Shown: positions 1 through 13,589 of the stretch, piece after piece
Position numbering within the stretch: the first letter of the stretch is position 1
Layout of the letters: every line of letters starts with the position of its first letter
NCBI RefSeq assembly: GCF_037042905.1
Contig: NC_087252.1
Coordinates: 930,001 to 994,000, forward strand
DNA length: 64,000 bases
Source: Lytechinus pictus
Taxonomy: Eukaryota
Direction: 5' to 3'
Translations under genes and position numbers: made by a program
Notes under the pieces: model-generated
Told to the model about the DNA's origin: nothing
What the model saw: only the letters and a program-made list of their open reading frames with translations
The model's database searches: none

Positions 1-540
1 TTTTGCTTGTCAAATTGTTGTTGGTTACGAAAGAAACGACTTTAAATTTGTGTCGAAGACCTTTTTTTTTATTTGGTTGTCATTTCTTTCACCTTGAACC
101 CCCCCCCCCCTCAAAAGTCCTACATACGCCACTGGTTTTCAGTGTAAGTCATCTCTGTCTGAATGGGGGGCTTCTAGACTTGTAATATTGAAATGCGTTG
201 GGAACTTTAAAGCCTGGTAACAGGATAGAAGCAAACCCCTTTACACCAATAAGGATATTTGAATATTCCTGCAGGGTAGGGATGGTAAAGAAGTACAAAC
301 ATCCTCAGAGTTCAATCAACTTTTACATTTTTTATTTAAAACTGCCATGGCTTTTACACTTTACAGCCCAGCAGTGGATGGTGAACCCAGTGGATAGGCA
401 AAGCTTGGCGTTCTACTACTTGCTTCCATTTAATAAACCTCACTTTAATACATTTTGTACATTGATAGATCTAGATGAGGGGGTCAATAGTCCCATTACA
501 ACAATTAAAACAACAGCACTTCTTGTTCATAGTTTTATAA

Positions 541-1038
541 AGGGGAAGTTCAACATGGCAAAAGTTTATTGGAAATTTTTTTTTTTTTAAAGAAAATAAT
601 ATTGCAGAAGTTATGAGAAAAATCCATCAAAGAATTAAAAGTTATTAGAATTTCAATTATTCAATTTGTGACGTCCATATACAGTATGTGAGCAGCATTT
701 CTACATAGTGGATGGTAAGAAAATCAATGAAACGTCATCTAAGAAAATTGAAAATGTTGTTTACTGTACGTTTTGTATACAGTATCAATAGACAAATCAT
801 TTCACACCTGATCATACATAGAAAACAAAAATAAGTCAAAGGAACCATAAAAAATATAATTCATGCATTTTATATTACATAAGGAGCAGCTGCGCGTTTA
901 TGACATCACAAATTCAAAACTTAGAATTCTAATAACTTTCTTAATTCCTAACGGATTTTCCTCAAATCTTTACCAATATTTTTTATCATTTTTCTGCTAT
1001 TTTTATGACAAACTTCTCTTCAGGGTGAACTTCCGCTT
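541..1038. mobile_element. TTAA-target MITE, family A (diverged copies at about 11613-12006 and 58391-58560)
   Basis: AGGGGAAGTTCA ... GGGTGAACTTCCGCT|ttaa termini; similar ends in the other copies. Confidence 0.65.
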
Positions 1039-1213
1039 TAAATGTCTTGAGATGTTTTACCGGGGAAAGTTTCTATTGGTTTAAAAAAAAACCACAAGAG
1101 AATATGAAAGAGAAGCAAAACATTGATGATACATTACATCAAATTATAATATAATATAGGCATCTATCTACATGTACATGTAGAAATAATCTATTCCAAC
1201 TTTTTACAAGGCG

Positions 1214-1435
1214 TATTATTATTATGATAACCCTGGGTTTTGCTCGAGCTGCCTTTTAATAGCGTTCTTGCATTCAAGGAATTCATCCTGCCAGGTACCC
1301 ATTCACCTCACCTGGGTTGAGTGCAGCACAATGTGGGTAAATCTTTTGCTGAATTGAAACATGCCATGGTTGGGATTCGAACCCTAGTCCCTCAGATTGA
1401 AAGACGAGAATTGTAACCACTAGTCCATATGCATC
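1214..1435 (-). mobile_element. tRNA-derived SINE (same family as 31414-31692)
   Basis: ggtacccattcacctcacctgggttgagtgcagcaca..gggattcgaaccc. Confidence 0.75.
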
Positions 1436-2402
1436 ATTTAGGCCTATATAGTGCTTGTAATAAAAATGTTTCGCAAACAATGAATGATGAAAAAATAAAT
1501 TATTTCATTAAACCAGATTTAATCCTCTCTACAAGCTTTCACTCTGCAAGAAGGTCCTTACTGCCATCAGCTGCACTGTAAAACCGCCTTCTTGCACTGA
1601 CCAGATATTTTGATAAATCACATAATCAAGCCCTCGTATTAAAGCCTATATAACTTCATTTCATCCTCCATCAATGGACCAATGATGCCTTTGACTTTTT
1701 GATTTATTCCACACGGACAAGAAACCCTGCAAAGTTATGAATATTCTATTGGAATTGTATCCCATCCTGACCCGCAGTGTAATCAACCTATCACGTGAGG
1801 AGCTGTAATCTGAGCCGTTCATGTGATGCCGCTGATGCATCTGATGTGCATTTTGATAGTTTCTGTCCATAAAGTTGCATTTTGTAGGCTCATGTGATGA
1901 TGAATAATGTATTTGTATTGCCATTATGAAATACTTGTAGGAAGTCTAAGGACGTTTCATATGATTTTTTTGTTATAATAGGATTAATGCCCTTGGGGCC
2001 TCCACCATCATTTAGGATGGCCCATTTCATGATAAATGTAGCAGGCAAAATTTTTCCCTTTTTTTTATTTCCGGGGGCTACTGTTCACAACTTGCTAAAT
2101 CCCCAATATTGGATAAGCTTTAACATTGTAATGAATGGGGGCTTCCCAGGGATCCTTTTTGAATTTCTAGATCTCCTTTGAGCATTTTGGGGGTGAAATT
2201 GCCCCAAGCCCCTGTGTAATTTTTCTCTGAATGACGCCCTCTTGATGATAGGGGTGCCCCCTCCACTCCCCTCACCCTGGTCCTACAGCATAAAGGAGCA
2301 AAAAGTGAACGTAGAACAATGAACAGGGAGTTCAAACATAATAATAATAGTAATAGTAATGATAATAGTAATGATAATAATATTGATGATAGTAATATTT
2401 AA

Positions 2403-2657
2403 ATACCATAGATGTAGAAACAATCTATCCCGAGGTGCATTGTTTCTAGTATTATTACCCTGACTTTAGCTCGAGCTGCCTTTCAGCGCTCGTGCATTCA
2501 AGGAATTCAACCTGCAGGGTACCCATTCACCTCACCTGGGTCGAGTGCTGCACAATTTGGGTAAATTTCTTGCTGAAGGAAAACATGCCATGGCTACATG
2601 TAGGATTTGAAACTGTTTGAAAGGCGAAAGTCAGTTACTAGACCAAGAGGCGCCCAC
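2403..2657 (-). mobile_element. tRNA-derived SINE (same family)
   Basis: Colinear with 1214-1435 and with the reverse complement of 31414-31692. Confidence 0.75.
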
Positions 2658-3339
2658 ATAGAGGAGACCCAGAATAAGACACACAAAAAAAGAGACTTTC
2701 CATTGCATTTATACCAGTACACTTTCTAGGATTTCAAATCAAAGATGTCCGTATGCAGTCAATGATCCAATCGACCATAAAAATTGCCATTAATCACAGT
2801 ACTTAGCTTTGTCTGAATGAGGAAATGCTTTCCCTTTAAGTGTGTTTTTACAATAAAATGATAGATCAGTAAAAGCACCCTTTAGAATTATGTTTCTTAG
2901 AAAAGGAACAGTCAATTATGAAAAAAATTATGATACAGATGTTTCATTACTTTTATAGACCTTGACCCTTGAGTTGAGAGGATGGGGTAGGATGACTTCA
3001 AATAGATGATAGGCAATAAAAAAAACCACGTAAAAAACTATCACAAAAATGCAGGCAAAATGATTGAGAATTATTATTTTTTTGCCATGTGCACTATCCC
3101 CAGAACTTTTCGTTTATGTACTGTAAAAATGCTGTTTAAATGTTTTAGAATGTTTAAGCCTGTCATTCTAATTTTATAAAGTTTTAAATATTTTTTTTCT
3201 AACTTTAAAACAACTTGTTTAAAAATAAAAAGTTAACAAGGTTGTAAAAGTCTAAACACTCGTTTAGAGTAATGGGTTGAAACAACTTGCTGAAAATTTT
3301 AAATCACATGCAGGGAGCTACTGTATGTAATAATTTCCT

Positions 3340-4720
3340 AATTAATTCTATTTCAAAGATTTAAAGTTTGGGGATCTTCAATACTGTACTCTGGAATGGA
3401 TCCAGTAATCTTGATAAGAGCGTGAGAAAGCGGTTGAAACCATGTTCCATGTCACGATATACAGAGGAAACTAGAGGGATAACCTGCTCAGACCTAAATG
3501 ACCATCTACATGCAATTTCCTTTTCTGCTCTACTTACTTTCCCAAGGACTGACATGGAATCTTTTTCATAAACTTAAAATAGCTATTATTTCTGTCATTA
3601 CTGATGGCCATTGAATTGTATGTATCATTGATGAAATGATTTTGATTTTGATAAAATGATTTTGTATCAGGAGTTTTTGTCAGGCTCAGGAGAGGAGAGA
3701 TTCACGTATAAAGACCCTGTTCTTAGTCCCTTTTTGAATAGGTTCCAACCAAACTATTTTTAACTGCTTCGTTGAATACGATGTACATGTAGCATTAACT
3801 TTCAGACAATCGGCAACAAATATTCACTTGGCAGTGGGGTCAAGAATTTGTAATTTGTTCTTCTCACCTCACAACATGTGTAGTTCTCGTATATAAATAG
3901 CTTTTCCCAATCAATCTGGCAATAATAGTAAAAAGATCCCTACGTATAATTTCATGCGAATAACATTACACAGGTGACTTGCCTAGCTCTTTTCCCGTTT
4001 GACATCAAGTATGTTAGGGTCTTGCTTTGAACATGGAGTCCTCCAAGCTTTGAAATGGGAAAAATATAACTTGGCCTACAAGGGAGCTATTATAGTGCAT
4101 CGCATTTTGTACTATTTTGTCCCAAAATCTTTAGAATTCAGCCTGGGTTCACTTCAATACAAAGTGTAATTTAGAATGAAAAGTAGATGGAAGAATATCC
4201 TCTGTACAAAAACAATATTAAAGTCTGAAGCAATTTGCAGCAATCCGTGTTTAATTAATTATTTTTAATTAATTATTGTTATTATTATCATTACATTATT
4301 ATAAATCCAGTGGTACATTGATGATATCTGAACTCTATTGTGGGGCGCTCCTCACTTCAGTTATTCTGACTGATTGTTTTTCAATTAACCTGGGAAGATA
4401 TTCCGAAACCTGGCGACTAAACAGGATATTATATCACTGACCTTTTATTTTCCTTTTCCTGGTTTTAGTTGACCCAAAGTTGTTTGTTTTTATCTTTGAA
4501 TTTACTTTGTATTCCCAAGGCGCCATTTTCTATTGTAACCACGCTGTCGTGTGTCTGCAAGTGCAGGTCTTAATTTGAAAAATATTTTGCTAACCTAGAA
4601 GTTCGTAGAAAGTCATTTCCCCTTTTCCATTGATCAACGAGGACAAGGCAAACATTAATTTTCCCTTGTCTATCAAAAGGACACTTCACACCAACCCAGT
4701 CTGGAAAATTCCCCTACGTA
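3340..4720 (-). mobile_element. Highly decayed L1/Tx1-like reverse transcriptase remnant
   Basis: Frameshifted minus-strand traces of RQG..CPLS, FADDT-like, GIQVN..K and P..KLGGL motifs in the expected order. Confidence 0.35.
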
Positions 4721-5896
4721 CATGGAAATTCATTTTATTTATTCAACCTCGCCTGATCGAAATAATCGGCCTGTAATATTACTATTGCTTTCCCTGTATA
4801 GTGAAGAATGCTCACACTCCAGAAATATACCCATGAAAGCGTTGACACAAAATTTGCCCCTGTGACAAATGCTTTTGTTATTTCGTCTATAGGGTTGCAA
4901 TAGTGTTGTGTTATGTTTATATTTAGGTTTAGGGTAGGGTGTAGTGTTAAATCCATGGTCAATTTGTGTGTGGAATGCATAGGGAGCAATTGTCGCCAGA
5001 GCAAATTTCATGGAACCAACGGAAGCTCACTGAGCTTGAATAAAAGTCATGTCGGCTACAAATATACAACAGGATACCAACAAATAGTGCATCTTCACCT
5101 TAGGCCTATTCTCTCTGCGTGAAGAAGAGGGTGCTATTGAGTACCAAAAGTGCAGCATACACGCTGTAAAAACTATGGTGTTAAAACTGACACCAGCTGG
5201 TGTTAGTAGAGGACCACACCCTGAGGTTTTGAAATTACACCCTAGAGATTGATTATAACACCAAAGAGTATAAAGGTTACAACCAAAGGTGTTGTAATAA
5301 AACGTATAGGTGTTAAACTAACACTGTCAATTTAACACCGGTGTAAAATAACTGGTATGGGCCTCTATGTACACCGGTTAACACCAGAGTTTTTGCTGTG
5401 CATATAAAAAAGTAGAAGCCTGGTATATTTCATAAACTTTTCTGAAATGTAGGGCATTCCTCCCTTTTTTAAATCCTCCAATAAGTAATTAATCCTTCAA
5501 CCTTTTCCACAATCTCAATTGAACTCTGTATTATCCATCTTAAGATTCTGCTGATTTATCTTCAAGTTCAGATGTTTGATAAAAGCTTGTGTTTAGTGAA
5601 ATGCTACATATGGACATGACTATTTGTTAAAAACAAACAGCAATTGTATAAAATAAAACCTTAATTCCACCTATCATATTTTATCAGTATACATGTACAT
5701 GTCGATGTTCTTAAATTTTGACACTTTCGGCCAAGGCCACTTTCTAAAAGGGCAGTTTTATATTACAGAACAAAAAGAAAAAGACATAAAAATATACTTT
5801 TGTAGGTGAATGGGGCATCAAGGTCAATGAATATATCATCCAAGGTCATGGTATATATTACATGTACATTATGATGGATCAATTTATCAAAGCCAT

Positions 5897-6072
5897 GGTG
5901 GGTGTTTCATAAAGCTGTTCGTAAGTTAAGAGCGACTTTAAGAACGACTGGTGATCCTTTCTTGTTGTAAATGGTATATTGAATTGGCAATGGTTTAGCG
6001 CGTAAGAAGTGTTCACCAGTTGTTCTTAAAGTCGCTCTTAACTTACGAACAGCTTTATGAAATGGCTCCCTG
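5897..6072. mobile_element. Short palindromic MITE (copies at 32577-32773 and 56902-57063)
   Basis: GTTTCATAAAGCTGTTCGTAAGTTAAGAGCGACTTTAAGAACGACTGGTGA and its reverse complement. Confidence 0.8.
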
Positions 6073-9000
6073 GATGCATAAAAGAAGTCTTTTAAATATC
6101 TTGACATTCTGATGAGATGGCGAAAAATAGATGAATAAATTAATTTGCAATTATGTAATAATACTGTACAATTTATTCATTTGTATTAAAGTTTAGACAA
6201 ATAAAGAAAGAGAAAAAATTTATCCAAAAAGAATTTGTAGTATATAAACTGAACATACATTTATTGCTACATATTATAAAAGTAATTCCTTTAGTAAGAG
6301 AAATTGGTTTGAAAACTTTGAATATGAAAGTACATCATATATATACATGTACATGGAGGTTTGTTTTTATTTTTTTAATCCACCAAGTTTACCCCAAAGT
6401 CTGTTGGATTTGTAACGTCAAGTCTCACATCCTGTTCCTTTCCTTATCTAGTTCTCTCAATGCTGAAGGTGTAGAAACACTTTCACACTCTATAATAAGG
6501 TGTTAATTGATTGGTTATAAATAAAGATGAAACAAAAATACAAATGCAGAAAAAAATGTAGATAAACATAGGTATATACACCCTACGGTATGATCCCATT
6601 CAGACTTACACAAATTATATTGAAGGAGAAAAAAAAACGTTTAAGATGGGAGTCGACAGGGTAGGTATATTGAAATTCATAATTGATATTGAAAATGAAG
6701 TATTATTGATATTATAAACATTAAACAGGGGCTTGTTTCAATACTTTCATGTACTACAGTAGGCTTTACTCCTTGGGGAAAATCATGGTAACCTGCATAT
6801 TTTATCCAATTCTTCATGGAATTTCAACTTATGTTGAATGACCTACATTGTACCCTGGTGAAATATGAATAGATACGTATTCACAAATATATTCCAAAAT
6901 CTTAATATTATTTATAGTATTAATCTGGATTAAACCCCAATAACTCTCTAGTGTGAATGGGTCCCTTTTGCGGCACCCTACTTCTTATTCCCCCAAACTC
7001 CATGCAGCGGCCCATCCTAGCCGTCAACCCTGGCTACCACTCCTACCTCTGACGCAGGGGCGTTCATAACATCCTGTCATTCCTGGTGAGGTTCTGTTGT
7101 TGCGGCCTTCTCCCGAGATAATCGACCAATTCCTTTTGTTATTTTTTGAGGTCCCCACTGGATTATCAATCACCGTTTCTGTACTTCCAGCATGCTTTGA
7201 CGGTCAGGAGTATCAAAAGTGATATATTACGAAAAGGATTATATACTTTGTCATTGATTGAGCAAGAGTTCACGTCAACTTCAAGTACATTTAATAGTTC
7301 CGTGGATATGGTGAGGACACTTTGCATTATTTTAGGAACATGGTCAATAATTGTTTGAGGATTGTCAATAAAAGTGCAGGATATTCAAAAGTGAGTTATC
7401 ATTCACACTATGATTATTTTCTTCAAATTATCTGTGGATCAAAAAATATTTTGTTCTTAAAGTGGTAAGATTTTTTTTATTTCTCCTTTTTTTCTCTCAT
7501 TTCACTTTTTTCAGTGTTCCATCTTCATCTTAAAAGAGGATAAGTTTTACAGCCAACAACAATTCTTCCCAACCCAAACATGATTTCAATACTCCGACTA
7601 TGTCTTTAAAAACTGTCAGCCATGTTTTCATTCAAAACTTTGATTAAGCAAACATTTTTAACTCAATTGTTTTACACAGCTATTATAAAAAGGAATACCC
7701 ATATTGACTGAGAATTTTTTTTAATTCTATGATGTCCTCTTTTTTCTCTATGAATATGAGGCCTACCAGTCATCTCAAAATGCGTCTATTGAATGCAGTC
7801 TTTAATATACAGTAGGGTATGGTAGGAAAATACATGAATTGGGCATTAATTGCAAATTTCTGTTGGAAATTCACAACTGATAGATCAATTTTAACAGCAA
7901 ATTGATCAATTTTATAAGCAAATAGATTCAATTTTGTTGATGAAAGAAGAAGACAAGCAATCAATTGCAAATTTATGATTAAGAGATTGTTTTTATTATT
8001 TGATTTGCAATTGATTATAAGTTTCTTGCAACATCCCCTATTAAAGATGTGTTTCCATAGTTTTTTAATCAGGAAATGTGAACCGACTATCCTGAAACCA
8101 TCTTCACCCTCCCCTGGAAGTGTGGAAGTCGAGTTGATTATGTACCTGATGAAGCAAACACTGAGGTTTCTTCCCCCGTTCATTTCCACATCTTCATCTT
8201 TGTCCTGGTATCTTGATCGAACAGATTGATTGACGACATTGATTGGTGACGTTGTTTTGGTTTTATTGCGGTTGTCTTGTGTAATCTGAGCTGAATTCAT
8301 CCTCGATTCATTCCAGGATATTTGATTTGGCACTGGTTTTGTATGATGTTGTACTTTCTTCTCCAATGTTTTCTTTTTAAAGTTACTGGTATGATTTACT
8401 TGAATTACACATGGACAATGGGCCTTGTTGCATTTTTATTTACAATTTTTTCACAAAGAATTATTGTAAAAACCATGTATTTTATTTGTGTGCAAGCTTT
8501 ACCACAGTTCTACATATAATCAGGTAAAATATTTGTTTATATATTTTTGGGGGTTGCTTTTCGCAACCTACTGCTTAAATCTGCAATATTGGGTAAGCTT
8601 TAACATTGCAATGAATGAGGATTTTCCAGGGCTCTTTGGGGGTGAAATCACAGTTGCCCCAAGCCCCTGTTCAAATTTTTCCCTGTATGGTATAAACATA
8701 CATGAACACTGAGGTATCATAATGACAATTGCAAAGGGACACAGATTTGTGAGTTGATGATCATTCTGCAACTAGTGACATTTTTTCAGTTTTATGAATA
8801 ACAATCTGATTTTGGATTATGAATAGTACATGTAGTCTTTAATAAGATAAAATAACCTCATCTCCCATTATGAATAGTTGAATTATAAATCTCCAGACTC
8901 TGTTGGTGCAATATTTATTTGTATCACATCTAACTTGGTTTATCTGCTTAAGTAAGCATTTACTTTTATTGGGGTGAATATTTTAGAAGAACCCTAGTCA

Positions 9001-12000
9001 ATTTTGCTCTCACAGTCACACTGAAAGTACCAGTGCAAAAAGTATTTAGGAAAAAGTAAAAACACTTTCTCACATTCTAATCTAACTTTGCTTCACATTG
9101 AGAAGTAAAATTCCTGGTAGTCTGTGATCTGAATAGAATACTCAATCTGATGCGTTTAATGAGTATCCACAGTAGACTTTAATGTACATTTGACAAGTGC
9201 GGCAGTTCTCACTGCAGCGTCAATGAATTGCCACTCTTCAGTAATTTCTTGTATCGACATCTGTCATTGTTTGGTCATTGCAGTAAACACACACTTTCAC
9301 TGGCAATGGTGTACTTTTAGTGTTGTCTTCAAAACATGGAATCCATTTGTTATTCATGAGAGTACCACTGATGTACATGACATGTAACCTACCGAAGGGT
9401 GTGTCCGGTTCTTAATAATGAAACGAGAATGATAATATAAAAAAAACGGGAATCCAACGTAAATACAAGGTACCAGTAATTCTCTCTTACTTGTATCTCT
9501 TGGAGGCATCATGATGTACATGGAGTTCTGACTCTTGTGTGTTTGAATCCACACTGCAGCCTAGCGACCTAGCGTCCTTTAGCAAGGCATCAATCCATAC
9601 TCTGTCACTCTCCACCCAGGTGTTAAATGGCTACCCTGAAGGATGCGAAAGCATCTGTAGAATGTTTGGCAATATAGTCTTTGAAAATGTCTTGCTGGAA
9701 TGCTCCCCAGGGAGTGGAGAAAGATACATTTATAGGTGGTTTCAAACCACCTTGATCACAAGAATTCCTATCAAATTATTATAACTTTTTCAGGCTAAAG
9801 AATGATTATGACTTCATTCACACCGCTCCAAAAACATACCCTTCAGGATATATAAAGGTCCTGCAGTTACGAGCATGCACATTATGGTCTGATAAGCAAG
9901 CAAGGCGCTAGATTCAAAATCGCTAGCTCAGCAGCTATCTACGGCGCCCTTGTTCAACTAAATGCTGGGCTAAAAGTTACCATAATTTGCATTCACACTG
10001 CCAAAATACCTGCGACCTTGGAAAAATTCCTACGAAAGTTCTCATAATTTTGACAAGTACCTATATGTACTACAGTACTTAGTGGGTATTTTCTTTCGGG
10101 GAGATTACACGTAATTTGCTTTCACACTGCCAAAATTACCAGGTATTTTCTGATCGGGGTGGAAATTGAAATGAGAACGGCCTCATAGCCAAACCAGAAA
10201 GCAGACTGTTAATAGAACCATGATTGAGATACATCACTTTCAATTAAACGTCTATGGTTGTGCATAATCACCATTCAAACTGCATACATGTAATTTATCA
10301 GCGTTTCATGCTTCCATTGGAAAATGTTTATTTATACGATTGATGGAAATTGCCTGAACTCAATCATGGATTGAACTAAAGCAGCACCTTTAAAAACTAA
10401 ACTATCTTGGGCATAAAGAATGTCTCACTCTCAGTGATTGCGGTCATGGATAGCTCATAACAGCAACACTAGTATCCAATCACAACTCATTGTTCAATAA
10501 TGTTTAGTCTCACCATCTGTCTTTGTTAGACATTTCATCGCTTCATTCTTGCAATGTTTTATTGTTTTCCCTTCCAGGTCTGACAGAAAGTGACTGAAGC
10601 ATCTGCATATTGGGATCAGGTTACTGAGAAGTCACATAAAAAGAGGTATGTGGGACTACAGATTTCATTCATATTGGTCATCCTACAAGAAAATAAAATA
10701 AATAGATACAAAACATTTATAGGGCGCTTAATACGGACGTTTCTAAGCGCGCCGTGTTTTGAATTTAACTTTACATGGGAAAAATTCAATGGGAATAATA
10801 ACACAAGGTGTGACAAAAATCATTTTAAGAGAGAAAAAAAAATACTAACAGAATAAAACTGGTGTGCACCTCCAATGACCGACCCACAACTGGGATTCAT
10901 TGATTGAAATGGTATGTTTTGAGCAGGGCCTTAAACTGACTGACGGACTTGGCACTATGCATGTAAGAGGGTAACTTGTTCCAAAGAGAAGTGATATACA
11001 TGTACTTGGCTAAATTTGCCTGGAATACACTGTACCACTCTTTTAACACTGAAAATTACATAAAGATTGGATGGAAAAGAAAAAAAAGCGTTTTTCTCAA
11101 TAATTTAAGTTATGCACATCTTGGTTGGTATGCAAGTGAAGGAACTAATGACTCCACTCAATTACTGATTCTTTTTCATTTTATTTTTACTGCTTTAAAT
11201 GCTTTAATATTTCTCCATTATAATGCGAAACAAGGGTTAAATCCTCACACATGAAATACTATTAATGTTGTGATTCAATGAAGATATACACTATTAGCCA
11301 AATTTGCAAAAGTCAATTAAAACAAAATTTTAAAAAAATACATGTAGTGCATGTATGACATAATAAAATCTGAAAATACTAACCATTTGTGAAAAATAAA
11401 GAAAATTCTTAATCTTAAATATCATTCTGTCTTATAAATGTTACACCTGATTATGTTGAAATTTTCAGTGTTTAGACATGCACAGTATGTGCTTTTTCTC
11501 TTTTTACTCTTTCAGTTCTTTTCTCTTTTTAACAATCAACTTCTTTGTTGGAATGAACTTCCCCTTTGGCATTGAGTAAATTTTATAAATCATATCTGGA
11601 GCTAAAATCACAAATGGGAAGTTCACCCTGACAATGAGTTGGGTTAGCATGAAAGCATGAAAATTATAGAGAAAAATGTTGGTGAAATTCTGATGAAAAT
11701 CTATCACCGAATATTTATTAGAGACGTATGGATTTTAAAAGTTTTTGAATTGTGATGTCATATGCCAGCAGCTCCCCATACCATGTAATATAAATTCCAT
11801 TAAGTCCAATTTTTTTAACGAAGCGTGATGATTAAGATGATTTTTCCTATAGAAAGTGTTATAAAATGATATGTCTGATGACGTCACAAAATGAAAACTT
11901 TTAAAATGTATTATTCATGCTTTTAATCAAACCTTCACCAATATTTTTTCTCTACTTTTTCTGATTTTATTAAAACCAACTTTTCGTGTGGGTGAATTTC

Positions 12001-13027
12001 GCCATTAAAGGTCCCACTTTCAACAACCGACAGCTAATGATAAAAGATGCCCGTTGCCTGCTATATGCTGCAGTGAGAGAATTAAAAGAGAAATTAAAGC
12101 TAGGTAGCATAGTGTGCACTTCTTATTTCCAATCATTACTGGAGCTAAAAAATCACCTTTACAGTTCCCTCTTTGACCGACCCACCTGCATCAAAAGAGG
12201 CCCTGGTTTATTCACGTTTCACCCACGTGTGTACTCCATTCCTCGGCATGAGAATACAAAGGAAATCAACGCCTTAGTAGCTGTATTTCTTGAGAGAGTG
12301 TAAGGATAGAATTCATTTTCTCTTTTAATATATGGAGTAAAAATCAAAGAGAGTTTGCTCCTCTTTGACCCACCTGCCGGGGGGGGGGGGGGGTACAGGG
12401 TGGTGTCTCAGGAAGCTGTTTGTAAGTTTATGAATGATGTTACTTGCAACTTTGGACCAGGGAAGGGGTTCTGGGCCCCGTCTTTCAAAGAGTTACGATT
12501 GATCCAATCAATCTTAACTCTGTGGAAATTTGTCAATGTCATAATTTTTTTCTACATGAAATTTGAAAATGTCCTTTGTAAACTATTAAAGGCAAACACA
12601 CAATATTGTCAAGAAAACAATGATTTTATGCAATATACATCATATCTAGAAAATACTTTGCACAAACATGCATTTTAGATGTGAGCATTGCTGGCTTTCC
12701 ATAGTTGAGGTTGATCAGCTAAATCGCGACTCTTTTTAAGATGGGTCCCTGGGCAATTTATCATCCCCCCCCCCCCCCCCGAAATGCCCCAAAAGAGCCC
12801 TGGAAATTCTTGATTCATTGCAGTGCAGATTGAGAGCAGTATGTTGAGAAAAATAGCCCCTGAAATAAAAAATATATATTAATGCTTTGCCTGCTTGTGA
12901 CCATTTCATGAGCAGTAAAACAGATTATCAATCACTTTGTTTCCTATCAACTACTGTACAGTTGGAAAATCTGATCACTGTACATGTAGATTAAAATTCC
13001 CATTAGGAACAAGCATATCAATATTAA

Positions 13028-13589
13028 AGGACAAGTCCACCCCAGCAAAAAATTGATTTGAATAAAAAGAGAAAAATCCAACAAGGATAAACCTGAAAAT
13101 TTCATCAAAATCGGATGTAAATTAAGAAAATTATGACATTTTAAAGTTTTGCTTAATTCCCAAAACAGTTGTATGCACATCCTGGTTGGCATCATCCACT
13201 CACTATTTTTTTTGTATTTTATTATATGAAATATGAAAAATTCTAATTTTCTCCTCATTGTTGAGTGAAACAACGATTAATTCCTCCCTGAACATGTGGA
13301 ATTAGCATTGTTTAATATGTATATGGTTCAGTCAAGTTAGTCCTTATTGTAAAATATGTAAAAAATGGAATATTGTACAATTCAAACAATAAAAAAACAA
13401 AAGAAATAGTGAGTGAAGGACATCATCGACTGTCTCATTTGCATGTCACTGAGTTGTGCATACTATTGTTTTGTGTAAAATAAGCGAAACCTTATTTTAC
13501 ATCCGATTTTGATGAATTTTTCAGCGTTATGCTAGGTTGATTTTTCTCTATTTATTCAAATCAACATTTTTCTAGGGTGGACTTGACCT
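13028..13589. mobile_element. TTAA-target (Kolobok-like) MITE, family B
   Basis: ttaa|AGGACAAGTCCACCCC ... GGGTGGACTTGACCT|ttaa; second copy at 59841-60451. Confidence 0.85.

Noticed and set aside
7770..8366. 198-aa minus-strand ORF
   Set aside because: No recognisable domain, the C-terminal half is AT-rich low complexity; at most a decayed retroelement piece
12947..13273. ORF similar to the ORF at 59808-60101, suggesting a gene family
   Set aside because: Both are chance frames within copies of the same non-coding TTAA MITE
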